Shown here piece after piece: positions 23,811 through 34,530 of a DNA stretch of 64,000 nucleotides; position 1 is the first letter of the stretch, and every line of letters begins with the position of its first letter. The stretch is from the IMG/VR virus record IMGVR_UViG_3300032243_000867, positions 128,001 through 192,000 of that record; one strand, 5' to 3'. A program made the translations under genes and the position numbers. The stretch is from a virus (taxonomy: Duplodnaviria; Caudoviricetes). Below the pieces are notes generated by a model that worked only from the letters and a program-made list of their open reading frames with translations, had not been told where the DNA came from and searched no databases.

Positions 23811-26800
23811 CAAGACCATCTACACCGTAGACCTGAACTTCAAGAACGCCACGAAGGCGGCTGACGAGTTCGCGTCGAAGCTCGACAGCGCGATCTCCGA
23901 CGCGCTGAAGCAGAACCGTGGCTTCACGGGGCTGATTCAGGGCTTCAATAATATCAACGAGAAACAAGAGAAATTCCACAAGAAGCAGAAGCAGTACGCG
24001 CTCCAGGAGGCCATCCGTCAGAAGAGGGACGCCGGAGAGCTCACCTCTCACTACAAAGACCTTATCAAGAAGATCGGTGAGGTCGACGCGGGGCTATCCG
24101 GGGTCCGCGACACGAGCTCTCTGGCCTACAAGGAGCTCAAGAAGCAGAAGGACGAGCTCGAAGAGCAGAAGAATCTGTCCGAGCAGATCCGCGACAACTT
24201 CGAGGACTTCGAGGCTACTCACCAAAGGCTCGCCAAGGATCTCGTAAAGGACACCAAGAACTACGAGAAGATGGCGAGGAATATCGCCGTCTCTGCCGAG
24301 TCCGCGAAGGAAATCCGCGACGCTTTCAACAGTCTGAAAGACCCCTCGAAGCTCGCCGAGGGCATGGAGGGTGCTGCGGAACGCATGGGGGAGGCGTTCA
24401 AGGACGGCATCGACGTTCAGGCCCTTTCCCGCGATCTGGGAAAGGGGCTGGCGAAGGGGATCAGCACGGCCACGAAGGCCATGTCGGGTGGCAGCGGCGC
24501 GATCATGGCGGTGGGCGGTGCCATCGCGGGGGTCGTCGCGGGGTTGGGGATTCTTCTCGCGGCGTTCATCGCCGTGGACAAGAAGGTCAAGGAGTTCAAC
24601 AAGGGCATCATCAGGTCCCACGGCGCGCTATCCCTGATGCGCTTGGGCGGCGGTGACCTCAACAAGGGTCTCCAGGTTGTCAAGCACACGGTGATGGACC
24701 TCACGGGGACTCTCGGTCTCAGCGAGCAAGAAGCTACCGACCTTCTCGACACTCTCGACAAGGGGGGCCTCACCTTTAGCCGTCTTACGCAGGGGGCTCG
24801 AAACGCGACGCAACAGCAGGAGATGCTGACCCAGTCTTTGCGGGATATCAACGCAATCGCGGGCGCGTCGGGGGTGAGCCTCTCGGAATACACGGACAAC
24901 CTCACGAACTACGTCAACGACCTGGCAATGTCCACCCAGACGGTGAACGACAGCTTCGCGTCCATCGCCTCCATGGCTAGCGAAAGCGCCTTCGGTACCC
25001 GCCGTTTTTACTCCATGGTGGTGCAAGCTACGGCGGGTCAAGCCTCGCTGAACACCCGCCTAGAGGACACGGGAGACCTCCTCCTGCGGATGTCCAAGAT
25101 TCTAGGGGCGAAGAAGGCTACAGAAGTGGTCGCCGGGGCCAAGTTGTCGGACAAGTCCACGGCGGACCTCACCAAGATGGTCATTCAGTCCAAGGGCGGG
25201 ATGCGCCGCGTCATCGAACAAGAAGCCCGGACCTCGGCAGGGAACCTCTCCCGTCAAGCGTACGGCGGGGGTAGCGGAGCCGCCGCCGGGGGGGAGGGTT
25301 CCGCCGTCGCCCGGGCCTTGAAAGCGGCCCACTTGGGGACGGATATCGCCCGTGCGATGGAACAGGCCGGTATTTCCGGGGATAGCTCGCAATTGATCAA
25401 CCTCATCAAGGATATGAACCCTCAAGCCCAAGCGGACGCCATCACCGCGATGACCAGTAGCTCCGACCTGGGGGTTCAGCAAACGGGCCAACAGTTGCAG
25501 CAGTTGGTTAGGAATGTTCGCGGCATGACCGGAGGCATCGGGGCACAGACCGAGGCGATGGCTAACTTCGGTCCCCGCGGGTCCATCATGGCCGTCCTCG
25601 CGGCTACGAGGGGCACTATCGGGGACTTGATGAACCAGGACGGCGAGATCAGCGAAGCTAACCTAATAGCGTTGGAAAACGTATCCGGGTACAGCCGCGA
25701 GCAGGTTCAGTCGATGCGCGCGGTCCTAAGCGCGAACGAGGCAACCTGGCGCACGATGAAAAGTATTCAGGCTCAAGGCCGCGCGCAGACTGCCGAGGAG
25801 AAAATCGCGTCTGCCCGGGCCAACGGGGCCATCGTGGACAACGGCCATATCTTTCAAGCCAGCGTCGATTCCATGGGAAGATTGATCACCGGGGCAGAGC
25901 TCCGTAACGCCCAGGAGATGTTTTCCAATCAGAACACGGCCCTCGCCGCCGATGGCGAGGCCACGCGCACGGCGCAGGACATAGCGCAGGACACGATGAA
26001 CGCGACCGTGTCGGTCGCAGACATCCTGGAGAACAAGATCGCCCGCGTGATGCAGAGCCTGTACGAGTTGGTCGAGGGTCCGCTCATAGATGCTCTAACT
26101 TGGATTATGGACAAGATGGGCATCACCACAGGGACGAAGGGGCAAACCCTTCGCGAACGGAGGGACACCTCCCGCGCCATCGACGAGAGAATTCAAGAGA
26201 TCCAAGACGCGAAGAAGCGTACCGCATCTAATATCGCGAGACAGCGGGGAATTATCCAAAGTGAGACCGCTACGCCTGATCAGAAGGTCGCGGCGCGTCA
26301 AGAAATACAACGCTTGCAACAGGAAGCCGCCGGTCGTCAAGACGACGTTAGAATTCAAGCCTTGACCGAAGCTCGGGGTCGGGTTCGTTCTGGCACTAAC
26401 ACCTACGACACAAGGCGATTTGAGGTGCGTGGGGCTTTCTTCAATACCAGAGAAGAGGCTTTGGCCGAAGAGGCTAGGAGAAACCGTGCGGGAACCCTAG
26501 GTTCAGTAGGGGCTGCGGGTCATGCTGTAAGAGAGGTGCAAATGACCGCAGAACAAACGGTCGCTCGTATCCTTCAGCGCGCGGTCGGTACCGCTCCCGC
26601 AGCGGGTACCGCTCCCGCACGTACCGTTGGTCAAGGCGTTCTAGCACCGGGTGCCGCCCCCGGTGCAGGTGGCGCGGCCCCTGCCGCTACGGCCACCCCG
26701 GCACCCCCGACGCCCCAACACGCAGAGGCGGCGAACGCGCCCACTGTGGAAGCCGTGGTCGAGGCCCACGAGGACGCGCAAGCTAACAACCAACGTCAAC

Positions 26801-27327
26801 GCCGAGAAACGCGCCAGCGGCACCAAGAAAGTCAGGCGTTGCTGAAGGAGTTGACGGGCAGAAAACTCGGTGATCAGCTTGCGATAAGCGCCCTACCCAT
26901 GGCCATCGCTGAGGCTGACGCGAAGATGCGAGTTCTTGAGGGAATCTACAAGGCGGGCGGGCGTGTGGACAACACTGTGGTCGAGGCCCTTATGGCGGGT
27001 ACGGCTACCTCGGCTCAAACAACCCTAGCGGGGGAGGGGTCAAATGCGGCTAAGGCTTTGCGATACCTCAACCTCACGGCGGGCGCGGACGATTTCGTCT
27101 ATCGGAGCAGCGGGGGTCAGTCTTCCCTCACCCCGATCAACCGCGAGGACCAACTAGTCGGGATGAAGCCCGGTGGCCCCATCGCCAACGCGACGGGGCG
27201 CGGCACGGGCGGGAACGTGAACATCTCGATCAACGGTGGTGACGAGCGCCGGGTGTTCGAGGTGGTGCGCCGCGCGATTCAGCAAGCTGGCATCACCCCT
27301 AACCGCGTACCGTCTGGGGCTACCTGA
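23803..27327 (+). CDS. Tail tape measure protein
   Basis: 1174 aa, helical, A/G/Q-rich; hydrophobic GGAIAGVVAGLGILLAAF segment; C-terminal DDFV...NVNISING. Confidence 0.85.
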   Translation: MANKTIYTVDLNFKNATKAADEFASKLDSAISDALKQNRGFTGLIQGFNNINEKQEKFHKKQKQYALQEAIRQKRDAGELTSHYKDLIKKIGEVDAGLSGVRDTSSLAYKELKKQKDELEEQKNLSEQIRDNFEDFEATHQRLAKDLVKDTKNYEKMARNIAVSAESAKEIRDAFNSLKDPSKLAEGMEGAAERMGEAFKDGIDVQALSRDLGKGLAKGISTATKAMSGGSGAIMAVGGAIAGVVAGLGILLAAFIAVDKKVKEFNKGIIRSHGALSLMRLGGGDLNKGLQVVKHTVMDLTGTLGLSEQEATDLLDTLDKGGLTFSRLTQGARNATQQQEMLTQSLRDINAIAGASGVSLSEYTDNLTNYVNDLAMSTQTVNDSFASIASMASESAFGTRRFYSMVVQATAGQASLNTRLEDTGDLLLRMSKILGAKKATEVVAGAKLSDKSTADLTKMVIQSKGGMRRVIEQEARTSAGNLSRQAYGGGSGAAAGGEGSAVARALKAAHLGTDIARAMEQAGISGDSSQLINLIKDMNPQAQADAITAMTSSSDLGVQQTGQQLQQLVRNVRGMTGGIGAQTEAMANFGPRGSIMAVLAATRGTIGDLMNQDGEISEANLIALENVSGYSREQVQSMRAVLSANEATWRTMKSIQAQGRAQTAEEKIASARANGAIVDNGHIFQASVDSMGRLITGAELRNAQEMFSNQNTALAADGEATRTAQDIAQDTMNATVSVADILENKIARVMQSLYELVEGPLIDALTWIMDKMGITTGTKGQTLRERRDTSRAIDERIQEIQDAKKRTASNIARQRGIIQSETATPDQKVAARQEIQRLQQEAAGRQDDVRIQALTEARGRVRSGTNTYDTRRFEVRGAFFNTREEALAEEARRNRAGTLGSVGAAGHAVREVQMTAEQTVARILQRAVGTAPAAGTAPARTVGQGVLAPGAAPGAGGAAPAATATPAPPTPQHAEAANAPTVEAVVEAHEDAQANNQRQRRETRQRHQESQALLKELTGRKLGDQLAISALPMAIAEADAKMRVLEGIYKAGGRVDNTVVEALMAGTATSAQTTLAGEGSNAAKALRYLNLTAGADDFVYRSSGGQSSLTPINREDQLVGMKPGGPIANATGRGTGGNVNISINGGDERRVFEVVRRAIQQAGITPNRVPSGAT
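26587..26619 (+). repeat. 15-bp tandem duplication GGTACCGCTCCCGCA (period 18) in the tape measure gene
   Basis: Copies at 26587-26601 and 26605-26619 encoding GTAPA-A-GTAPA. Confidence 0.85.
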
Positions 27328-28205
27328 TGCCCAGCCAGTACCAGATCAAGTCGGCGTTTCAGTCTCCCCTCGACGAGTTCGACGGCAGCGGGAAACGTCC
27401 CGTCGTGTTTGACATCATCGGCCCGGACCGAGTGACCTCTCTTCTCCCGCCCGATTTGAAAATGGTGCTGCACGTCAACCCCACCTCCATGGGGTTCACC
27501 TACGCGAAGACCATCTCGCGGCAACAGACCATGCGGGGCTTCGTTGAGTACCACTGGGGAAGCAACCCCACGGAGATCGCCTTCTCGATGGCCACGGGCG
27601 GGTTCGTCCGCTTGTACTCGGGGCTGTCGAACGTCACCGGGCCTACCCCGTCGAACGGCGATCTTCCCAAGAATATGCAGGCGGTGTCTACGGGCGGCAC
27701 GCGCCGAGAGACCATCGCGTACGACAAGTACCTAGATATGCTGGCCCTGTTTCACAACAACGGGGCCATCTACGACAGTAACGGCGTCATCGCCTTCCAG
27801 GGACAGATTCTCTGCACCTACGATGGGGGTTCATGGTGGGGCTGGTTCACGACCTTCTCGGTCGAGGAGTCCGCCGAGAAGCCCTATCAGTTCACCCTCA
27901 ATGCCAGCTTCACGGTCGAGCGAGAGCTCCATCGGGTGAAGTCCATGTACGTTCCGCCCGCCACCGCGCGCGGGCCGTCCAGCACCGGACCTACGGGGAA
28001 TGGTACGACTGCGGCGAACGGCGCGGCGGCGACGGCGGGCACCCCGGGGGCCAGTACGAACCCCGTTCGTGAACCCCCACCGTTCACAGCCGAGGACGCT
28101 TGGATTTCCTCCAAGCAGTCCGCACGGGACATCGAGTTCACGCTCGAAACAACGTCCGAAGGCCCCATCCGCGCCCCGGCACCGAGAAGCCCTAGGAGGA
28201 GGTAA
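27327..28205 (+). CDS. Tube-like baseplate protein / tail tube initiator 1
   Basis: LHVNPTSMGFTYAK...EYHWG...IAFS and FTTFSVEESAEKPYQFTLNASFTV pattern; follows the tape measure. Confidence 0.6.
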   Translation: MPSQYQIKSAFQSPLDEFDGSGKRPVVFDIIGPDRVTSLLPPDLKMVLHVNPTSMGFTYAKTISRQQTMRGFVEYHWGSNPTEIAFSMATGGFVRLYSGLSNVTGPTPSNGDLPKNMQAVSTGGTRRETIAYDKYLDMLALFHNNGAIYDSNGVIAFQGQILCTYDGGSWWGWFTTFSVEESAEKPYQFTLNASFTVERELHRVKSMYVPPATARGPSSTGPTGNGTTAANGAAATAGTPGASTNPVREPPPFTAEDAWISSKQSARDIEFTLETTSEGPIRAPAPRSPRRR

Positions 28206-28207
28206 CG

Positions 28208-29461
28208 ATGCCGCCGAAGCCCGTACAAGCTCCCGCTTCGTTCGCGGGAATCCCGAACGTGTTGAGCGGCCCGGTCGGCCCGAACTTCGCCCGCGAGATC
28301 GAGATTCAAGAAGGGGTCGCTATCGACGGCTCCGACCGGACGCCCCGTACCTACTCGCCGTTTCTCATTCGGGTTCTTCTCCCAGACGCTATCGGGGGCG
28401 ACCAGAACACGACCATCTCGACGCAGAGAAATCCCGACCGGGCTCCTCCGAGTTCGACCGTTCGCTCGGACAACCGCGACGGGTATACCTACTCTCAAGG
28501 TCAGAACAGCGCCCGCGTGAACCCCTCGGGAGCCCCTGCGTATGCCCGTCTGGTGAATACCGGGGAAGCCGTGCCGGGGTTGACCGAGGCGTCATCCCGG
28601 TCCCTGGAGGACGCTTACAACCAGGCCACGTTTCAGCAGGTCTTCGGCGGAGAGGTTCAGAACGTCACCCGCGCCCCGGCTAACACCCGTACCAACAACG
28701 TCACCCCGGCGATCACCAACGACACGACGGCGCTATCCATGGCGTTGCAGTTGAAACAACTGTCGGAAGTGCCCCCGTTGCTCATGCTCATCAACCCGTC
28801 GTCGATGAAGATCGACTACACGAAGGTGGCGCAGTTTCAGAACCGCAACCGCTTCGGGTACGTCTACGAAGCGTGGGGCGAGGAGATGCCCAAGCTCTCG
28901 TTCACCTTCAAAATCGGCGCGTACACGGCGGGCCTTCAGAACGTCTCCCAACAGGGAACCGCGGTGTCCGGGGTGCAGCGGGCTTCGCGCAACGACAGTG
29001 CGGCGTACCAACAACTGATGACCCTTCTTACGATGTTCCAAGGAGCAACGTACATCCAGGACACCGTCACGAACACCCGTGCGTTCTGGATGGTCGGCAA
29101 CCTCGCTATCGAGTACGACCAGATGGTGTACGTCGGGCACATGGAGAACTTCAGCTTCACGGATGATGAGCAGCACCCGCACGGCGGTCTGGAAATCTCC
29201 ATCGACTTCGTGGCCAACCGCATCTACGACGCGGCGGATACCCCCGGAGAGATAACCGCGATGAGCGGGCCGGAAACCCGTACCCGTTCGCGCGGGACTC
29301 TTCTTCGGGGGGGCTCCGGTACGAGTGCTTCGTTCTTCACGCTTCCGGGCGTCGGCGGCACGAGCCCCGTATCAGGCACGGTGAACCGGGCTTGGGAGAG
29401 CGCGGCGGGAGCTACGGCGGGATCTAGTGTGGTCGCCGTGTCGGATACTCGGAGGCGCTGA
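28208..29461 (+). CDS. Tube-like baseplate protein / tail tube initiator 2 (paralogue)
   Basis: LINPSSMKIDYTK...YEAWGEE..KLSF and MENFSFTDDEQHP...ISIDF parallel the preceding gene. Confidence 0.6.
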   Translation: MPPKPVQAPASFAGIPNVLSGPVGPNFAREIEIQEGVAIDGSDRTPRTYSPFLIRVLLPDAIGGDQNTTISTQRNPDRAPPSSTVRSDNRDGYTYSQGQNSARVNPSGAPAYARLVNTGEAVPGLTEASSRSLEDAYNQATFQQVFGGEVQNVTRAPANTRTNNVTPAITNDTTALSMALQLKQLSEVPPLLMLINPSSMKIDYTKVAQFQNRNRFGYVYEAWGEEMPKLSFTFKIGAYTAGLQNVSQQGTAVSGVQRASRNDSAAYQQLMTLLTMFQGATYIQDTVTNTRAFWMVGNLAIEYDQMVYVGHMENFSFTDDEQHPHGGLEISIDFVANRIYDAADTPGEITAMSGPETRTRSRGTLLRGGSGTSASFFTLPGVGGTSPVSGTVNRAWESAAGATAGSSVVAVSDTRRR

Positions 29462-32400
29462 TGTCGATCCTCAATCGCCCCTACGCAGGAACTTGGCAGG
29501 CCAACAAGCGGTCTGTGGTAGCCTGGACCCCCGATTTCTTGGTGTACGTCAACGGGGATACGTCTCTCCCCGGGTGTCAAACCTGTCGGAGACAAATCGA
29601 CCTCAACGAGTTTGTGAACAGCATCTCGGTGGACTTCGGCGTCGAGCCCGGTGCGTCGAACTGCTCTATTGGCATGGCGATCCCCCGGCACTACGGGGAT
29701 ACGCTGTTCCGGGACGGCAACACCCTTCTCCGTCCCGCGCTGGAGATCCACGTCTATTTTCGGGGCTACTTCCCCATGCGGGGGCTCACGTCCCCGAACT
29801 CCCAGCCCGTCGCGGGGATCAACCTCTCGGACATCCCCCAGCACCCGTACTACCCGGTGTTCCACGGGGTGGTGACGCAGGTGACGCACGAGTACTCGGG
29901 CGGCTTCTACACGGCGAACATGACGTGCGCGGGGATGCTGCATTTCTGGGAAACCCAGAAGCTCTCGGGCGCTTCGGGGGGCTCGTTCTTCGGGGCACGC
30001 CCGGTGAACTCGGGCGTGCGAACAACCCTCACGGGCCACCCCATGTCGGGCAAGTCCCCGTACTCGATCATCTACTCCCTGTATCGGGATACGGCGGGCG
30101 TGGCAGACGGGGTGGGCTTCGCGCTGTCCTCCCGAACGAACTACGGGGCGGTCAACGCGACCACGGGAGACTCCCTGTATGCGATGACGCTGCGATACTG
30201 GGAGCAGCGGTTCCGAGGGAAGATTTACGGGCTACGGATGCACGGTGCCTCCGGTCAGTTGTTCACCTCGTCGCAGCAAGCCTACCTGTCGATGTACGGG
30301 ACGGCGGCGTACGGGGGCGGTAGCGCCCACAGCACCGGGAACGTCAACAACAGCACGGCAAACCCCGGAGGCTGGGACGTTTTCGCCCAAGACCCCACGA
30401 CCCTTCTCGGGATGAGGGTTCGCGGGGCGGATGGGAAAGTCCTTCGCCAGCCCGATACGCGCCTTGCCGGGGCCGTAGACAACCGTGGGCGTCTGGGCCT
30501 GGATGTGATGAAACTCCAGGCATTCCCCACGGACATCGGGAGCTACGGGCAGGTAAACCTTTGGGAGAGCACCTACGAGTCTAAGATGGATGTCGCCACG
30601 GCGGTGACCAACGTCTGCGGCTACGAGTTCTACCAAGACGCCGACGGCGATCTGGTTTTCAAGCCGCCGCTGTACAACCTCGACACGAGCTCGTCTCGGG
30701 TCTACCGCATTGAGCCCGAGGACATCGTTTCGATCAACTTCACCGAGGCGGAACCCAACGCGACGTACTGCATCGTCAAGGGCGGCGCATTCCAAAATAT
30801 GCGTGGGGTGGTTGACGAGAGCGAGTGGGGGTGCCGGTCTACCTACGTCGATTACAAGCTCGTGGCTCAGTACGGCTGGAAAGAAGCCAGCATCGAGAGC
30901 ACCTACTACACCAATGCCAAGAGCGCGTTCTTCTTCGCGATCAACTATCTCGACCGTCAGAACGCCGGGACGAACGGCTGCACCGTTACCATCCCCCTGC
31001 GTCCAGAGATTCGCCCGGGATACCCCGTATACATCCCGCACATCGACTGTTTCTACTACGTCACGCAGGTATCGCACTCCTTCAACCTCGGCAGCGAGTG
31101 TACGACCTCTCTCACTCTCACGGCGCGGCGACGGAAGTTTCTTCCCCCCGGAGCTTCGGGAAATGCGAACGTCGCGTTCGATCAGAACCTCACGCAGATC
31201 GACCTCGCGGCTACCTCGAACCCCGTTCGCCCGTTGCAGACGCTCGACGGAAACCGGGTGCCCCGGATCACGGGTTTTCCGAACGTGGTCATGGCCATCG
31301 ACCCGACGCGGATCAGCCCCTTGTTCCAGGTTCTCGGATTCCAAGCGGTGGAGAGAGAGCCCACCACTCGGAACGCGAGAGAGGGGACGAGCCTCGAAGG
31401 TCGTCGGATCGCTTTCGTCTGGCAGTTCCTCCGAATGATGCTCACGCGAACCCCCCGTATGCTGAACCCCTATGGTCAGCCTACGAGCGCGAACGGGACG
31501 CTTCCGACGGACGACGACTTCTCCGCCGACGTGAACCGTCAGTACGAGGTGGTGGGGGTTCCGGGGCCGAACGGACGGCCCCTCACGGTCACCGTGGGGA
31601 AAATCGAACAGGCGCTGGAGACGTACATCTCTTCGCGTGCCACGCTCAAGCGGGCGCGGGCGTTGCTGGTGGACCAGATCGTCGAGCAACAAAACTCGAT
31701 CAACAACTCTCAGCGTCAGTACCAGCAAGCGCAGCGCCAAGCGGATGCACGGGAGAATCAAGGTCAACCCGCTACGACGGTTCCCCAGCCCCCGAGCACT
31801 TCCACCCAAACCGAACGAATCACCCAATTACAACAACAACTAAAACAGTTCGACGATAACTTCGACGCGGTCCCGCCGAACAACGATTTCGCCGAATACG
31901 CGGCCCAGTACGAAACCCTCACGAACATCACGAACAGCGTCGGGGACACCGTCGGCGGGAGAAACCCCCCGCACCTACCTCCGCAAGAAGCCGGGGCCAA
32001 CCCGAACGACACGATTCTCATGTCGTACCTGATTGGTACCTACCGAACGGAGGGGGCTCAGTCTGGGGATACGGTCACGGACCCCTCGGGGACGACGAAC
32101 CAGTCGGCTACCCTGTTGGAGAACCTCTCTGACCGCAAGGCGAGCCTGTCCCTCACCGTTCCGGGGTACTACCGTTACTACTCCGCCTCGCATCCGAACG
32201 TGGCCATGCAGGGCTACGAGAGGATCGACACTACGGGTACTCCGAGCCCCGCTTCGGGAAGCACCGCCGCACCCGACGCGGAGAACTCGACGGGTTTGAC
32301 TCCCATTGTGCGCCGCCCCGGACGCAACATCGCCCGCGCCGGGGGGTACATCTCTGGGCCGCGTCAAGACGTTCTTACCCAGACCACCCCCTTGACCCCC

Positions 32401-34530
32401 CTTCAGGCGGCGGGGTACCTAGCGGAAGCATGGCGGAGGGTCGTTCGTTCGCCTCCGCTGAACCGATCCATTCTGGAGATTCTCGTCGCCCAGTGGTCCC
32501 ACGAAACGGGGAGTGGGCGGTCCATGAACAACTGGAACTTCGGCGGGTTGAAGTACGGCGGCGGGGGTCTTGCCGCCGTCTACAACCTCACTCACGAGGT
32601 CGTGAACGGGCAGCGGGTGGAACTGCGCGGTGCGGCGTTTCAGGCGTACCCCAACGCCCAAACCGGGGCGGCGCACTTCGTAACCTTCCTAACGGACCGG
32701 GAACGAGTCTCCGCGATTCAGCAGTACCTAGCGAATCCCGGTAACGCGACGGCGTACGCGCGGGAGCTAAAGCGAGCGCGTTACTTCACGAGCGAATTCG
32801 ATGTGTACGGGCGCGACCTTCAGGGTCGCGTGAACGGCATTCGCCGCTCGGGGCTCCTCGACAGCATTCCGAACCTCCCCCCCGCCCCCGACCCGGTGCA
32901 GTCACCCCCCGCTGCGGGCACCGCGGCGAATCAAAGTACGACCTCGGAACCCCCGATCACCACCTACGGGATTCGACCGATCACGGACGGTCAAGGGTTG
33001 CCCCCGGACCGTATCGGTCAGTACGTCGAGCTGTTTCCGAACCACCGGCCCACGAATGGCTTGAGGGTTCGCGTTCCCGACCGCGAAGGGACCGTGGTTC
33101 TTCCGACGAACCTCATCTACGCGATGACCATAGAATCCCGCAAACGGCGGATATACACGCGCACGGCGGTTCCCCGGAACAACCCGTTCAACCCGAGGGA
33201 CGTGTCAGTTTTCATCGACCTGTGCCTTCAGCCTTCGGGTCCGACGGGGCCGATTCTTACGGGGCTCACCGACCTCTTCAAGCAGCAGGTAGGTACCTCC
33301 GCTCTGTCCGTTCAGAGGACTACTTTCGATAGCGTGCGGGAGCTGATCACCTTTGCCGTGGAAGGGATCACGGACTTGCGTACGGCTACGGGTCCCATCG
33401 AGAACACCCTGAACATTCCGTCGAACGGAGTTCCGGGCAACTACAACCCCTCGGGCTTGTATTCCATCACCCCTCCGAACAATGCCGAGACCGTTCTCCG
33501 GGCGAAGGCGGCGGCGCTCCTTCACGATGTCACCGTAGCGAATCAGGTCCAGTTGCAACAGGCCAAGGATCTGATTAGTAGGCTCGGGCCGAACGAGGTT
33601 CTCACCACGGAGATTCAAGACCTTCTCCAGCCCTGGGAACGGTGCCTCCAGAGGCTGTACCGGGGGAGGCCCCTACCGAGCGCGGGGCCGTTCCGCGCTC
33701 AGAACTCCGTTGAGTTCACGGAGAGTGAATCGTCGGACTTCTCCCCGGTGTTCCCCGTCTCCGATGCCCTCGGATACGACCACTACGGGTCGTTCCAATA
33801 CGGGCGCGGGCTGTCCATCGAACCGGGCGGTAACTACGAACGGCTCATGTCCACGGACCCCTTGCAGTACCTCGAAGACTCGCAACGGGAGCGGTTCCTT
33901 CGGGAGTTGCGGAGCCCTCCAGATGGGCGCGGGGGACGTATTCGCGCGCTCTTCGAGGAGTTCTCTCGGGACCCTCGTTTCTCCAATAGCCCCGGCGCGC
34001 AAGCGGCCCTCGACTACTTGGAGAACGATCAGCGCAACGGCGACCGCACGACGATGATCGCCAACGGGCTGCGTAACTACATCGCTTCCGAACGCGATGC
34101 GACGATGAAGATGCCGATCAACAACGTCGCTTATCAAATGGCCGACCTTCGCCCGATGGGACAACAGGACACCTGCGAATGCCGGGGCGCAGAGGCCGAC
34201 CTTCTCCTTGCCGCGTACATGGCGGGCACGGAAAGCTACGCCTTGATCACTTCGGCGGACGAGGCTTCCATCTGGGTATCCGCGCAGATGCAACAGGCGG
34301 CGCAATCGTGGTCGGAGGCGCAGTCCCGTATGCGCGGGATGTCCGCCGATCAGGGACGGCGATCCGTCCTCGATACGGTCGAAGGTTGGAAGGGGATGGT
34401 CAACGACTTCCGCACTACGAACCAACAGAACGTCGCCGGGGTGAATCAGACCGTAGGAAGCGCCAACGCGGTAGCGGAGCGAACCCAGCAGCTATTCACC
34501 CGTCCGTTGGTGCCGAACCGCGGTCAGTGA
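29461..34530 (+). CDS. Baseplate hub protein (gp27/VgrG-N-like) with inserted GH73-like peptidoglycan hydrolase domain
   Basis: YEFYQDADGDLVFKPP, IPLRPEIRPGYPVYI and FYYVTQVSHSF...TTSLTL hub motifs; AQWSHETG...NFGGLK...FQAY...RYFT at ~32400-32850. Confidence 0.75.
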   Translation: MSILNRPYAGTWQANKRSVVAWTPDFLVYVNGDTSLPGCQTCRRQIDLNEFVNSISVDFGVEPGASNCSIGMAIPRHYGDTLFRDGNTLLRPALEIHVYFRGYFPMRGLTSPNSQPVAGINLSDIPQHPYYPVFHGVVTQVTHEYSGGFYTANMTCAGMLHFWETQKLSGASGGSFFGARPVNSGVRTTLTGHPMSGKSPYSIIYSLYRDTAGVADGVGFALSSRTNYGAVNATTGDSLYAMTLRYWEQRFRGKIYGLRMHGASGQLFTSSQQAYLSMYGTAAYGGGSAHSTGNVNNSTANPGGWDVFAQDPTTLLGMRVRGADGKVLRQPDTRLAGAVDNRGRLGLDVMKLQAFPTDIGSYGQVNLWESTYESKMDVATAVTNVCGYEFYQDADGDLVFKPPLYNLDTSSSRVYRIEPEDIVSINFTEAEPNATYCIVKGGAFQNMRGVVDESEWGCRSTYVDYKLVAQYGWKEASIESTYYTNAKSAFFFAINYLDRQNAGTNGCTVTIPLRPEIRPGYPVYIPHIDCFYYVTQVSHSFNLGSECTTSLTLTARRRKFLPPGASGNANVAFDQNLTQIDLAATSNPVRPLQTLDGNRVPRITGFPNVVMAIDPTRISPLFQVLGFQAVEREPTTRNAREGTSLEGRRIAFVWQFLRMMLTRTPRMLNPYGQPTSANGTLPTDDDFSADVNRQYEVVGVPGPNGRPLTVTVGKIEQALETYISSRATLKRARALLVDQIVEQQNSINNSQRQYQQAQRQADARENQGQPATTVPQPPSTSTQTERITQLQQQLKQFDDNFDAVPPNNDFAEYAAQYETLTNITNSVGDTVGGRNPPHLPPQEAGANPNDTILMSYLIGTYRTEGAQSGDTVTDPSGTTNQSATLLENLSDRKASLSLTVPGYYRYYSASHPNVAMQGYERIDTTGTPSPASGSTAAPDAENSTGLTPIVRRPGRNIARAGGYISGPRQDVLTQTTPLTPLQAAGYLAEAWRRVVRSPPLNRSILEILVAQWSHETGSGRSMNNWNFGGLKYGGGGLAAVYNLTHEVVNGQRVELRGAAFQAYPNAQTGAAHFVTFLTDRERVSAIQQYLANPGNATAYARELKRARYFTSEFDVYGRDLQGRVNGIRRSGLLDSIPNLPPAPDPVQSPPAAGTAANQSTTSEPPITTYGIRPITDGQGLPPDRIGQYVELFPNHRPTNGLRVRVPDREGTVVLPTNLIYAMTIESRKRRIYTRTAVPRNNPFNPRDVSVFIDLCLQPSGPTGPILTGLTDLFKQQVGTSALSVQRTTFDSVRELITFAVEGITDLRTATGPIENTLNIPSNGVPGNYNPSGLYSITPPNNAETVLRAKAAALLHDVTVANQVQLQQAKDLISRLGPNEVLTTEIQDLLQPWERCLQRLYRGRPLPSAGPFRAQNSVEFTESESSDFSPVFPVSDALGYDHYGSFQYGRGLSIEPGGNYERLMSTDPLQYLEDSQRERFLRELRSPPDGRGGRIRALFEEFSRDPRFSNSPGAQAALDYLENDQRNGDRTTMIANGLRNYIASERDATMKMPINNVAYQMADLRPMGQQDTCECRGAEADLLLAAYMAGTESYALITSADEASIWVSAQMQQAAQSWSEAQSRMRGMSADQGRRSVLDTVEGWKGMVNDFRTTNQQNVAGVNQTVGSANAVAERTQQLFTRPLVPNRGQ

